Source: Planctomycetia bacterium (GTDB lineage Bacteria > Planctomycetota > Planctomycetia > Gemmatales > Gemmataceae). From it: 64,000 nt of DNA. Position numbers and translations under genes: made by a program. The notes under the pieces are model-generated. The model had not been told where the DNA came from and did no database searches. It worked only from the letters and a program-made list of their open reading frames with translations. The stretch spans positions 54,298-118,297 of the forward strand of contig SYLG01000007.1 in assembly GCA_005808665.1 (NCBI GenBank), written 5' to 3'. This document shows, piece by piece, positions 26,805 through 35,097 of this stretch (its first letter is position 1; each line of letters starts with the position of its first letter).

Positions 26805-27451
26805 TGTCCCACCTCCTTTTTAAGGGAAATTACGGGTCCGTTGGAGGGTTTCATTGGGTCGGTTTTTTCTTTAGGAGTTGGCTTGGGATTGGGTAAAATA
26901 GGGGGTAAAGGATCCACGGGTTTTGAATCCTCAAAGTTATCCCCCAGTTGATTTGGTACCAAGCTGCTCATCGCAGCATTTGTATCATCGGGAACAATCA
27001 ATACAGGAACCAGAAGGATCTCCCGGTAGTTGCTATCCTTTGCTTGTAAGGTCCCTTCCCGATAGCCTTCCATGTAGTCTCTAACCTGTTGAGCCCCTTC
27101 CGGAGTGAAACTGCTGTAGCGCCAATATTTTCTGGGGGGTGTTGCAGGAGGCACGCATTTTCCACCAGCGTCTAAGTACGAGTGAAATCCATCAAGAAAC
27201 CCATGTTTAAAAGCCGGATTTTGATCCAGTCCCGGGGTTAAATCTTTGTACTCTTGCCATGCTTTTTTGGCATAAGTGTGCATCCTTTTTGTCAAGTGAT
27301 ATGAATCTGTCCAAAGGTGAAATTCATTGACGGTAGTTTTGTGGACAAGGGTTGCCAAATTGCAACCAACCGATCCAAATAAAAGGCAAAAACCCGCCAA
27401 GGGTATTTTGCTTCGATAGAATCCTGAGTATCGATTCATAGGCCCCATCAA
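26801..27451 (-). CDS. Hypothetical lipoprotein co-transcribed with the Wza-like gene
   Basis: 216 aa. Its stop overlaps the downstream ATG (ATGA). Lipobox LLFGSVGC. Pro-rich C-terminus. No family recognised. Confidence 0.6.
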   Translation of the reverse strand: MMGPMNRYSGFYRSKIPLAGFCLLFGSVGCNLATLVHKTTVNEFHLWTDSYHLTKRMHTYAKKAWQEYKDLTPGLDQNPAFKHGFLDGFHSYLDAGGKCVPPATPPRKYWRYSSFTPEGAQQVRDYMEGYREGTLQAKDSNYREILLVPVLIVPDDTNAAMSSLVPNQLGDNFEDSKPVDPLPPILPNPKPTPKEKTDPMKPSNGPVISLKKEVGQ

Positions 27452-27458
27452 CTCCCAA

Positions 27459-28208
27459 TTGGCTCGTGTCCTTGTTATCGACCGACAAAATGGGGAAAGT
27501 TTAAGGGTTCTCCAGATTGCGAGGGTGGTGGTGTATATTGTGCTAGCTACACTTGGTTTGTTGATTCATCAAGAATCCACCTTGGAATTGCCGGTGAAGG
27601 TTTCCAAATCGGCTTCCATTGCCTGTTTTTTGAAATCGGGAGACGGGGGGGGGACCGCAATCCACCTTGGGGAACGGTTTTCGATTAGTTGGTTTTTAAC
27701 ATCCCTTCATGAGGTGGAAGGCGAAAATACCTTTGAAATCAGCTGGTTTGAGGATTTTGGTTTGGATTCCAGTTTTTCCAAAAATAAAGCCGGGTCCATT
27801 CCGGGTGGGATAATTGTTGCAAAGGATAAAGATGCCGACTTGGCACTCCTGCGTTTCGATAACTCGCGTTATCCAATACCTGTTCCAAAAATACCCAAAT
27901 TGGGCCAGTTTTTACCACCCAAAATTCCCGTTTGGTCGGTTGGTTGCGATAAGGGATTTCCAACGATTGAGGCGACCCAATTAACCGGCAAGAAATTATT
28001 TCGAACCCCCAATGGCCAGGCATTTCATTGGGAAACCCGGGACGGGACCAAACCAGGTCGGTCAGGGGGGCCTTTGATCAATGAAAAGGGGGAATGGATC
28101 GGCCTTTGCCATGGGGTCCAAAATGGTAAAGGATATTACACCCATGCCATTGAAATTCGAGCTTTTTTGGTAAAAAACCAATTGGGTTGGGCCCTGGGGG
28201 CCGAATAA
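27459..28208 (+). CDS. Small trypsin-fold serine peptidase, signal-anchored; triad apparently intact
   Basis: 249-codon ORF with no ATG anywhere. Start is TTG 27459 or, more plausibly, GTG 27525-27531 (VVVYIVLATLGLLIHQ anchor). Motifs: FLTSLHEV, ADLALLRF, TKPGRSGGPLINEKGEWIGL. Confidence 0.65.
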   Translation: MARVLVIDRQNGESLRVLQIARVVVYIVLATLGLLIHQESTLELPVKVSKSASIACFLKSGDGGGTAIHLGERFSISWFLTSLHEVEGENTFEISWFEDFGLDSSFSKNKAGSIPGGIIVAKDKDADLALLRFDNSRYPIPVPKIPKLGQFLPPKIPVWSVGCDKGFPTIEATQLTGKKLFRTPNGQAFHWETRDGTKPGRSGGPLINEKGEWIGLCHGVQNGKGYYTHAIEIRAFLVKNQLGWALGAE

Positions 28209-28315
28209 AGTTGGGACCCCGATTTGTGGTAAATATTTTCATGAATGGGGTTGCTGGACTTTTCTGGCTCCTATACACTAAGTACGGGTGGTGAGAAAAT
28301 TTTGGGAGGATGGAT

Positions 28316-28594
28316 ATGAGTTGCTGCCAAAAAAGCTTTAAGGGGTTGGGACTTCTCCTTTTGGGCGTATGTGGATTCTCCCTCTTGGCCTCGGATTCTG
28401 CTAAAGGCTGGGGTACCGTGACAAGTGAAACCGGGGTTTATGGAGAAGCATTGATTGATTCTCATGTAAATGTCGATGGACAGGTTTCGCTCACGGAACC
28501 GACGGTCGTCAATGTGGAAGATGCCGATGGATATGTGGTACAAAGCCACCTGTTCACCGAATGTGTTTCTAAACGCAGAATTCGCCGACGGTAG
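28316..28594 (+). CDS. Small secreted protein with polybasic C-terminus (unknown function)
   Basis: ORF 28310..28594. ATG 28316 has GGGAGG 6 nt upstream. Signal peptide KGLGLLLLGVCGFSLLASDSAKG. Ends in SKRRIRRR. No homolog recognised. Confidence 0.45.
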   Translation: MSCCQKSFKGLGLLLLGVCGFSLLASDSAKGWGTVTSETGVYGEALIDSHVNVDGQVSLTEPTVVNVEDADGYVVQSHLFTECVSKRRIRRR

Positions 28595-28621
28595 AATTCC
28601 ACTCCAGAATTAGTTGAAAAA

Positions 28622-31474
28622 ATGCCGCCAGGAAACGCCCGTTTCTCGATCGCAGATTTGTGGGGTCATTTAGCGGATTTTTTTTTGATCGGGGCCATAC
28701 TTGTTGGCCCTTGGTTGTTTGGTTCGGATGAAGCAGCATACCATGTCGTTTTGCTTGCCTTGGTTAGTGCCTCTGCTTTTTGCCTTTGTATTCGCTCCTT
28801 TTTATTAAAAAAATTCCAGGTCAATCCCGGCGGGCCTGCTTGGATTTTTGGAGGATTAGTCCTTCTTGGGATAATCCAATTGATACCATTGCCAAACAAC
28901 TTGTTAGGCATCCTTTCGCCGGAAACCGTTTCATTACGGAATATTTTACTTCCCCCCCAACCTGATTCATTTGACGGCAAAATCCTGGGAGGTGTTTCCC
29001 AAGCGACTATTAGTTTGAATCCATTTGCAACCAGGCAAGTTGTGTATCAAATAACCTGCCTGGCAATGGTCTACCTAATTACCCAAATGGGGCTTCGAAG
29101 TATTGAACAAATCACCCGAATTTGCTGGTGTTTATTTGCTAATGGGGCGTTGCTGGCTTTGGAAGCTATTGTCCAATCGTTTACATCCAATTCCGATAAG
29201 ATTTATTGGTCTATTTCCACGACTGGGTCGGTTTTCGGCCCCATGAACCGGGATCATTTTCCCGATTACATGAACATCTGCATTGGGGCTTCGTGTGCCT
29301 TATTAACCGCAGTCTATCATCGTGGCTTGCAACCCCTACGGTCCCACCATGTTCGCGGTTGGGACAGGATGATGGGGCCGTTTTGGGAAGCAATCCGTTC
29401 CCCCCTTCAACTCCTGCATTCCCCAGGCAACCTTTGGGTATTATTTGGGTTAATTTTCATGTTGGCATCCATTCCCATGTCCGGTTCCAGAGGGGGATTT
29501 GGCGGGATGGGGATTGGATTGCTGATTGCTTTAGGTTTGGCCTCCCAAAACCTTCGAAAAGGTGGCCTTCCTGGTTATGTTCTTTGGCTTATACCGTTTG
29601 TAATTGGATTTTTTACCCTGATTGGCTGGAGTTTTCTGGAAAGTCGTGTCGTTACAGCAAGTGGACTAGAATCATTAAAAAAAGAGGGGCGCTGGTTTTT
29701 GTGGGAACCATTAATTGATTTAATTTACAAATATCCCTTATTTGGAACGGGATATGGATCATTTATACATGTCGAACAAATGGTTCGGTTACAAAACCTT
29801 CCTGGAATGACGGTTGATTATGCCCATAATGAATACCTTGAGGCATTAGTAGAAGGCGGTTTAATACGGTTTTTACTTACATTGGCATTTGTATATTATG
29901 TTATTAGTTCTACTATTAAAGCGTTAAAAAACTATCGTGATAATTCGTATGCCCTATTGCCAGCTGGTTTATGTTGGGGTTTGGTTGCTTTGGCTATTCA
30001 CAGCTTTCTTGATTTTGGTATCCATTTGCCATCCGTTGCGATTCCTGCAACCGCCTTCTTTGCTATTCTCATTTGGTTGCGGGATAACCCACCTCCTGTT
30101 TCAAAAATGGCACAAAGGGCCAAGGATATTGCCAATGGCCAATTGACTGGACCACCCGGTTCAAAAATGCCGGGGGAAACCCCTCATCAACTCACTACCC
30201 AACCCTTTGGTTCAAGTCACCGGTCACATCGGCATCGGTCCTCAAAACATAAAAAAATGTCGGATTTTGGTTCCTTTTCGTTTGCGAATAACACTTTTAC
30301 CGGCTTATATGCCCGCCTTGCTGCCGTGGTATTTTCTCTATTCATGATAAACCTCCTTGGGCAATCCATTTTTTACGCAAGGCTGGAAAGTCTATTGGTT
30401 TCCAGTCGGGCGGCCCATTCCAAAGGGGATTTGGACAAGGAATTGAAAAGACTTTTGGAGGCCAGGGCACTTGCTCCCAAAAATCCACTGGTTCATGAAG
30501 CCATAGGTATTGCCCGGGTTATTGCCCTGAATGAGGATGTAAAAAAGAAAAAAGATGCCGACAATCTTTTAGATGATTTGGTGGCTTCCGATATACTTGC
30601 CTTTTTGGGAAATGGTTTTTTCAAACAACCTGGGTTACATGGTGGTCTCATAAGTATTGGAATTTTGGATAAAAAACAAAATAAACTGCGTCAAGAAATT
30701 GAAAATAACCGAAAAGCGCATTATTTGGAAGCAATGCACTCTCTTGAAAAAGCCAGAAATCTAAGTCCCATTTTGTACCGGGTTCATGCGCACCTTGCCC
30801 TTTTGGCTCCACGAAAAGAAACCCAGGCAGGCTCCCTGGAAAGTGGTTTCCAAACCGATACTCCCAGTGTTCATTTGGCCAGGGCCCTTGCCTGTTTTCC
30901 AATTGATACCGAAATCTGTTTTTCCGCAGGAATTGCTTCGCTTAAAGATGGGGATCGGAAAGCAGGGGCAGAGCATTTTCAAACCAGCCTGCAAAGTTCA
31001 ACCAAGAGGTTAAATGATATTATTGCCATTTCCCGCAATTACTTTTCCACCCGGGAATTGGTTCGCCATGTCCTTCCGGCGGATCCAAGCCTCCTTGTTC
31101 AGTCTTTGGTTCCCTTGTTTGGAAGGAATCAGCAACCGGAACGGGTTGAGGTCATGGCACGCATTATTGAACTGGTAATGGAAGGTAGAGGATTGGTGGA
31201 TCCCCCCTTGGTGCAATCTGTTTTGGCGGAAATGGAATCCTTGGCAATCCCACCTGAAAACCGGTTATTATTTTTGAAATCCGTTTCGGAAAATATCCTT
31301 TCGCAACCCAAAATCCGGCTGGAAGTTGCTATTATTTTGGAGGAGGCTGGGCATTTTCCCGAGGCGGAATCAGAGGTCGCAGCGGTTTTAAGAGCTGATC
31401 CCCGCAATCTTAGGGCCCAACAACTTGCTGAGTTTCTGGGTAGAGACCGGGTTTTGGCCCCGTGGCTTAAATAA
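28622..31474 (+). CDS. O-antigen-ligase (Wzy_C)-family polytopic membrane protein with C-terminal TPR/helical-repeat domain
   Basis: 950 aa with about 12 TM segments. Wzy_C signature region: GSRGGFGGMGIGL ... TVDYAHNEYLEALVEGGLIRFLLTL. The C-terminal ~420 aa are soluble helical repeats. Confidence 0.75.
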   Translation: MPPGNARFSIADLWGHLADFFLIGAILVGPWLFGSDEAAYHVVLLALVSASAFCLCIRSFLLKKFQVNPGGPAWIFGGLVLLGIIQLIPLPNNLLGILSPETVSLRNILLPPQPDSFDGKILGGVSQATISLNPFATRQVVYQITCLAMVYLITQMGLRSIEQITRICWCLFANGALLALEAIVQSFTSNSDKIYWSISTTGSVFGPMNRDHFPDYMNICIGASCALLTAVYHRGLQPLRSHHVRGWDRMMGPFWEAIRSPLQLLHSPGNLWVLFGLIFMLASIPMSGSRGGFGGMGIGLLIALGLASQNLRKGGLPGYVLWLIPFVIGFFTLIGWSFLESRVVTASGLESLKKEGRWFLWEPLIDLIYKYPLFGTGYGSFIHVEQMVRLQNLPGMTVDYAHNEYLEALVEGGLIRFLLTLAFVYYVISSTIKALKNYRDNSYALLPAGLCWGLVALAIHSFLDFGIHLPSVAIPATAFFAILIWLRDNPPPVSKMAQRAKDIANGQLTGPPGSKMPGETPHQLTTQPFGSSHRSHRHRSSKHKKMSDFGSFSFANNTFTGLYARLAAVVFSLFMINLLGQSIFYARLESLLVSSRAAHSKGDLDKELKRLLEARALAPKNPLVHEAIGIARVIALNEDVKKKKDADNLLDDLVASDILAFLGNGFFKQPGLHGGLISIGILDKKQNKLRQEIENNRKAHYLEAMHSLEKARNLSPILYRVHAHLALLAPRKETQAGSLESGFQTDTPSVHLARALACFPIDTEICFSAGIASLKDGDRKAGAEHFQTSLQSSTKRLNDIIAISRNYFSTRELVRHVLPADPSLLVQSLVPLFGRNQQPERVEVMARIIELVMEGRGLVDPPLVQSVLAEMESLAIPPENRLLFLKSVSENILSQPKIRLEVAIILEEAGHFPEAESEVAAVLRADPRNLRAQQLAEFLGRDRVLAPWLK

Positions 31475-31475
31475 G

Positions 31476-33797
31476 CTACCCGGGCTTGGAATGGGTTGCC
31501 TGGAATTCTTTAAATAATTCCGTTAGTTTTAGAGCACTTTTTGCTTTTATTATTTCTGGCCTATATCGGATTATTGCTTCAATCGGATGCCTTTTGGCCA
31601 AATTAAATACATCCCCGATTTTACGAACCGGGACACTCAATTGGCTGATTCCCAAGGCCATTAGCAACCAATAACCAATGGGTTCGGAGGCAAGTTCACC
31701 GCAGGCGGTTACTGTTTTTCCGTATTGGGTTGCAGTCAGGATGGCCGAGTTTATCAACCGAATTACTCCTGGATTGAACCGATGGGAAACATGGGAAGAA
31801 ATAGGAGAGTCCCGATCCACACCCATGGCTGACGCAGTAAGGTCATTGGTTCCCAACGAAAAAAAATCAACCTGTTCACACCAATCCGCCATCAGGGGAA
31901 TGGAAGACGCAGCTTCAATCATTACGCCAATCTGCACTTGATTATCGTATACCAAGCCATCCGCAAGGAGTCGTTTTTTCACTTCATCCAGGGCTTCCGT
32001 CAAAAAATCCAACAGCTCCGTAGTGGTAACCAAAGGAACCAGAATCCTGGCCTGGCCCTTTTGGGAGGCGCGTAATATCGCACGAATTTGTTCCCTAAAA
32101 AGGTTTTGTAACGATCCGGATTGCAGGACATCACGCCAATCCAGTGCTTCCCAACCTCCATGTTGAAGATTGAGAACCCCTTCTACCTTGTCTGGCCGTA
32201 AATCAAAAGTGCGAATGGTTACAGGTTTACCATTCATAGCTTCCAGGAGTTTCCGATAAATGGAAACCTGTTCCTCTTCAGAAGGCATGGACCTTCGAGC
32301 CAGAAATAGAAACTCCGTCCGGTAAAGGCCAACACCTTGGGCACCCAAGGCATTTGCATGGTTGGCTTCCGCCAAAAAATTGACATTTGCAAGCATTGGA
32401 ACAGGACAAGCATGGGCTGGGTATTTAGGGGCCTCATGACCGCCGCAAAACGCAACCGGTTGCCCCTCATTATCGGGAACCATCCATTTGGGGGGATCAA
32501 TGACAACCCGGCCAGCTTGACCATCCACCCATAAAGGCGTTCCTCCAGGTATTTGCCTGCTAAAATCGGGAAATCCGCTAACCATTGGAATTCCCAGGCT
32601 TCTGGCCAAAATGGCGGCATGACTTTGTGGACCGCCCCTTTCGACAACAATTCCGGCCAATCGGTCAAGATCCACCGCAAAAAGTTCCATTACGGTGGAT
32701 TCACGGCAAACCAGGACAATTTTGCCTGAACCGCCTGCCCGACCTTTCCCCAAGGGATTGGTTTCCTGTCGTCTAAGTTGCCACAATATTCTATGAAAAA
32801 CATCCTTTATATCATAAATCCGCTCTTGCACCAAAGGGTTTCGGATTTCGCTTAAGGCACGAACATAGGCTTCCAAAGTAGATTGAAGGGCGGATTCTGT
32901 AGTGGATCCATTAACAATGCGCTCCCCCAATTCCTTTACCAACGAATTGTCTTGAAGCAACATTTGTTGGGCCTGGAGAATCGCCCCATGATACTCCCCA
33001 ACAAGGTTGGATATTTGGAGGGCTTGTTTGGCAAGTTCATCCCTTGCCGCAGACATTGCTTCGGTGAGCCGTTCTTTTTCCCGGTCGGTACCTAGATAAA
33101 TACCTGAACCTTGACCTGCCCAGCCTCTTTCTTCATCCACCAAATAAGCCAACCCAAGGCCGACACCGGGGGAAAGGCTAATGCCTTGTCGGGATTCTCC
33201 TGATGTGGGTGGGCGGGGAGGGACAATAGTGTCCAGGTGAATCGTCGCTGCCACCCGTTCCAAAAGGAGGGCATCTCCTACCAGGGGAGCCACTTGAGCT
33301 CCTACTGCCACAAGCATGCGAATTTCACTGGCGGTGAAATGGCGGGATTCAACCGTTTGCACGACCAGGACACCCTTTAATATTCCCGTTTCGACCAGGG
33401 GTACCCCAAGAAAAGTTTGGTAGGCCTCCTCCCCAGCTTCTGCAAAGTATTTGAATCGGGGATGATTGGGAGCATCGGGAACCATTACGGGACCAAGGCG
33501 CTGAGCTACCAAACCGGTAAGGCCCTCATCCACCCCCATTCGCAAGCGGCCACGGACCTCAGGCCTTAGCCCCAGGGTGGCGGCCAATATCAATTCATTG
33601 GTTTCCGGCTGATAAAGATAAAAGGAACAAACCGCAACCTGAAACCTGTTTTGGATGAGCCGAACAATGTTTTCAAGCGTTTCTGCTGCATTGTGACTAT
33701 GGGAAACCAGGTGACTAATTTCCTCAAGGGTGAAGAGAAGGTTGCCATCCGTGTTGTTTTTTGGGGTGTTCATATTTTCAGGTATTAATTTGCGCAA
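31476..33797 (-). CDS. ptsP: Phosphoenolpyruvate-protein phosphotransferase, GAF-domain form (EI-Ntr)
   Basis: 773 aa. N-terminal GAF-like domain. Phospho-His region: ERGGPQSHAAILARSLGIPMV. C-terminal PEP-utilising motifs: GLYRTEFLF, FFSLGTNDLTASAMGVDRD. The start could alternatively be ATG 33773. Confidence 0.9.
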   Translation of the reverse strand: MRKLIPENMNTPKNNTDGNLLFTLEEISHLVSHSHNAAETLENIVRLIQNRFQVAVCSFYLYQPETNELILAATLGLRPEVRGRLRMGVDEGLTGLVAQRLGPVMVPDAPNHPRFKYFAEAGEEAYQTFLGVPLVETGILKGVLVVQTVESRHFTASEIRMLVAVGAQVAPLVGDALLLERVAATIHLDTIVPPRPPTSGESRQGISLSPGVGLGLAYLVDEERGWAGQGSGIYLGTDREKERLTEAMSAARDELAKQALQISNLVGEYHGAILQAQQMLLQDNSLVKELGERIVNGSTTESALQSTLEAYVRALSEIRNPLVQERIYDIKDVFHRILWQLRRQETNPLGKGRAGGSGKIVLVCRESTVMELFAVDLDRLAGIVVERGGPQSHAAILARSLGIPMVSGFPDFSRQIPGGTPLWVDGQAGRVVIDPPKWMVPDNEGQPVAFCGGHEAPKYPAHACPVPMLANVNFLAEANHANALGAQGVGLYRTEFLFLARRSMPSEEEQVSIYRKLLEAMNGKPVTIRTFDLRPDKVEGVLNLQHGGWEALDWRDVLQSGSLQNLFREQIRAILRASQKGQARILVPLVTTTELLDFLTEALDEVKKRLLADGLVYDNQVQIGVMIEAASSIPLMADWCEQVDFFSLGTNDLTASAMGVDRDSPISSHVSHRFNPGVIRLINSAILTATQYGKTVTACGELASEPIGYWLLMALGISQLSVPVRKIGDVFNLAKRHPIEAIIRYRPEIIKAKSALKLTELFKEFQATHSKPG

Positions 33798-34000
33798 GGG
33801 GGCATGCCGGGAATTTTACAACACCTGGGCCCACAATTTTCCATTTCGGCCGGGAAGTTAGGTGGTGGGGCGGGGAGGCTCCATTTTTGTTTAAGGTCAG
33901 GGGAGAAGCATTTTGGGCAACCAACCTTTTCCTTTCCAAAAACCAAGGTTTCAAATTCATTCCGACAATTTTGGCAAAGGAATTCTCGCAATGGCATCAA
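33785..34000 (-). CDS. FmdB-family zinc-ribbon protein
   Basis: 71 aa. MPLREFLCQNCRNEFETLV..VGCPKCFSPDL (CxxC...CxxC) plus a Cys-rich tail. Sits immediately upstream of ptsP. Confidence 0.7.
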   Translation of the reverse strand: MMPLREFLCQNCRNEFETLVFGKEKVGCPKCFSPDLKQKWSLPAPPPNFPAEMENCGPRCCKIPGMPPCAN

Positions 34001-34023
34001 TCAAACTCCAGCTTGAGTACTAA

Positions 34024-34959
34024 TCAAGGACCCCGTTCGCTTTTCAAACGGGCACTTTCGGAAAGCAAAAAGCGTCGTTCATCTTCCGACAAACTTTGAA
34101 TGCCTGAAGATGAGATTTTTTCAAGGATTCGGTCCATTTCAGTTTCAGATTTCCATGTGGGAGATCCTTCACCTTTGGGGATGGCAATCTTTTTGGTGGA
34201 TGCTTTTTTCGGGTTGTTAACGATTTTCAAATTGTTGTCACTTTTAACCTGATACAAATGCAATTTTGGACCAACCACCGCCCGTTTCAGGCTTCGGAAA
34301 TATCCTGTTAAATTGGAATGGGAAAAGCTGGCCCAATGCCACAAAGTGGCCACCGCAGCCCCAGCAAGGTGTACTTCCACGGCAACTCTGGCGTTTCCTT
34401 GAAGGAATAAAAACAAATCCAACCCTACAAAAAGGACTGTTGCAAACCAAAGGGGAACGGGTAGCAAAAAGAAAAGTAAAATGGATAATTTTGGATTCCG
34501 CCATGCTGCGGTAACCATTAGGGCTGTCGCCCCTCCGGAGGCTCCCACACAAAGGCTTGGGGTCGGCCTAAATCCCATCCATACCATGGCACAAAAAACC
34601 AACCCTCCAAATAGAATGGCACTAAGAAAGATCTTTGCAACTTTGGTTTGGTGGATTTCCCCTTCCAACATGAGGCCAAAAAACCAAATAACCAAACCAT
34701 TCATGAGAATGTGAAACGGGTCCCTAGTGTCGTGAACGAACCCATAGGAAACCAATCGCCAGATTTCCCCGCCTTGAACTTTACCTGGATCCAAGCCAAG
34801 TATTCCGGTAAATGGGTCATTGGGGCTGGAAAACACCTGAAGGATAAATATTCCAGCCAAGGCACAAACCAACAGCTTGGTGAAGCCTTGTTGGGGTAAA
34901 CCTAATTTATCACCCCATCGAGGCTGGGGTCTGTAATAATCACGGTCGTAGATTCCCAT
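34024..34959 (-). CDS. Rhomboid-family intramembrane serine protease with C-terminal cytoplasmic extension
   Basis: ORF 34024..34989. I prefer the start at MGIYDRDYYR (34959). Motifs: WRLVSYGFVH, GASGGATALM, later His in AVEVHLAGAA. C-terminal MDRILEKISSSGIQSLSEDERRFL motif. Confidence 0.8.
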   Translation of the reverse strand: MGIYDRDYYRPQPRWGDKLGLPQQGFTKLLVCALAGIFILQVFSSPNDPFTGILGLDPGKVQGGEIWRLVSYGFVHDTRDPFHILMNGLVIWFFGLMLEGEIHQTKVAKIFLSAILFGGLVFCAMVWMGFRPTPSLCVGASGGATALMVTAAWRNPKLSILLFFLLPVPLWFATVLFVGLDLFLFLQGNARVAVEVHLAGAAVATLWHWASFSHSNLTGYFRSLKRAVVGPKLHLYQVKSDNNLKIVNNPKKASTKKIAIPKGEGSPTWKSETEMDRILEKISSSGIQSLSEDERRFLLSESARLKSERGP

Positions 34960-35097
34960 AAGGTAACCAAGGTAAATTGTGGGGCACATTCCGACAAGGA
35001 TAGTCTATTTGAAACCTGTCCTGGAAAGCCAAACTTTTCAGGGAAGAGAAACGGGCTCAGGAGGTTGGGACCCGGTAATTAAAAAAGAGGCATAGTT

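Noticed and set aside
27645-27653. G9 homopolymer inside the small peptidase gene, and another G9 at 49822-49830 inside the ABC ATPase gene, considered as possible phase-variation tracts.
   Set aside because: G/C runs of 7-9 nt encoding Gly-Gly-Gly or Pro are frequent throughout this window (for example 6907-6914 and 7326-7333), including in housekeeping genes. They look like a compositional habit rather than contingency loci.
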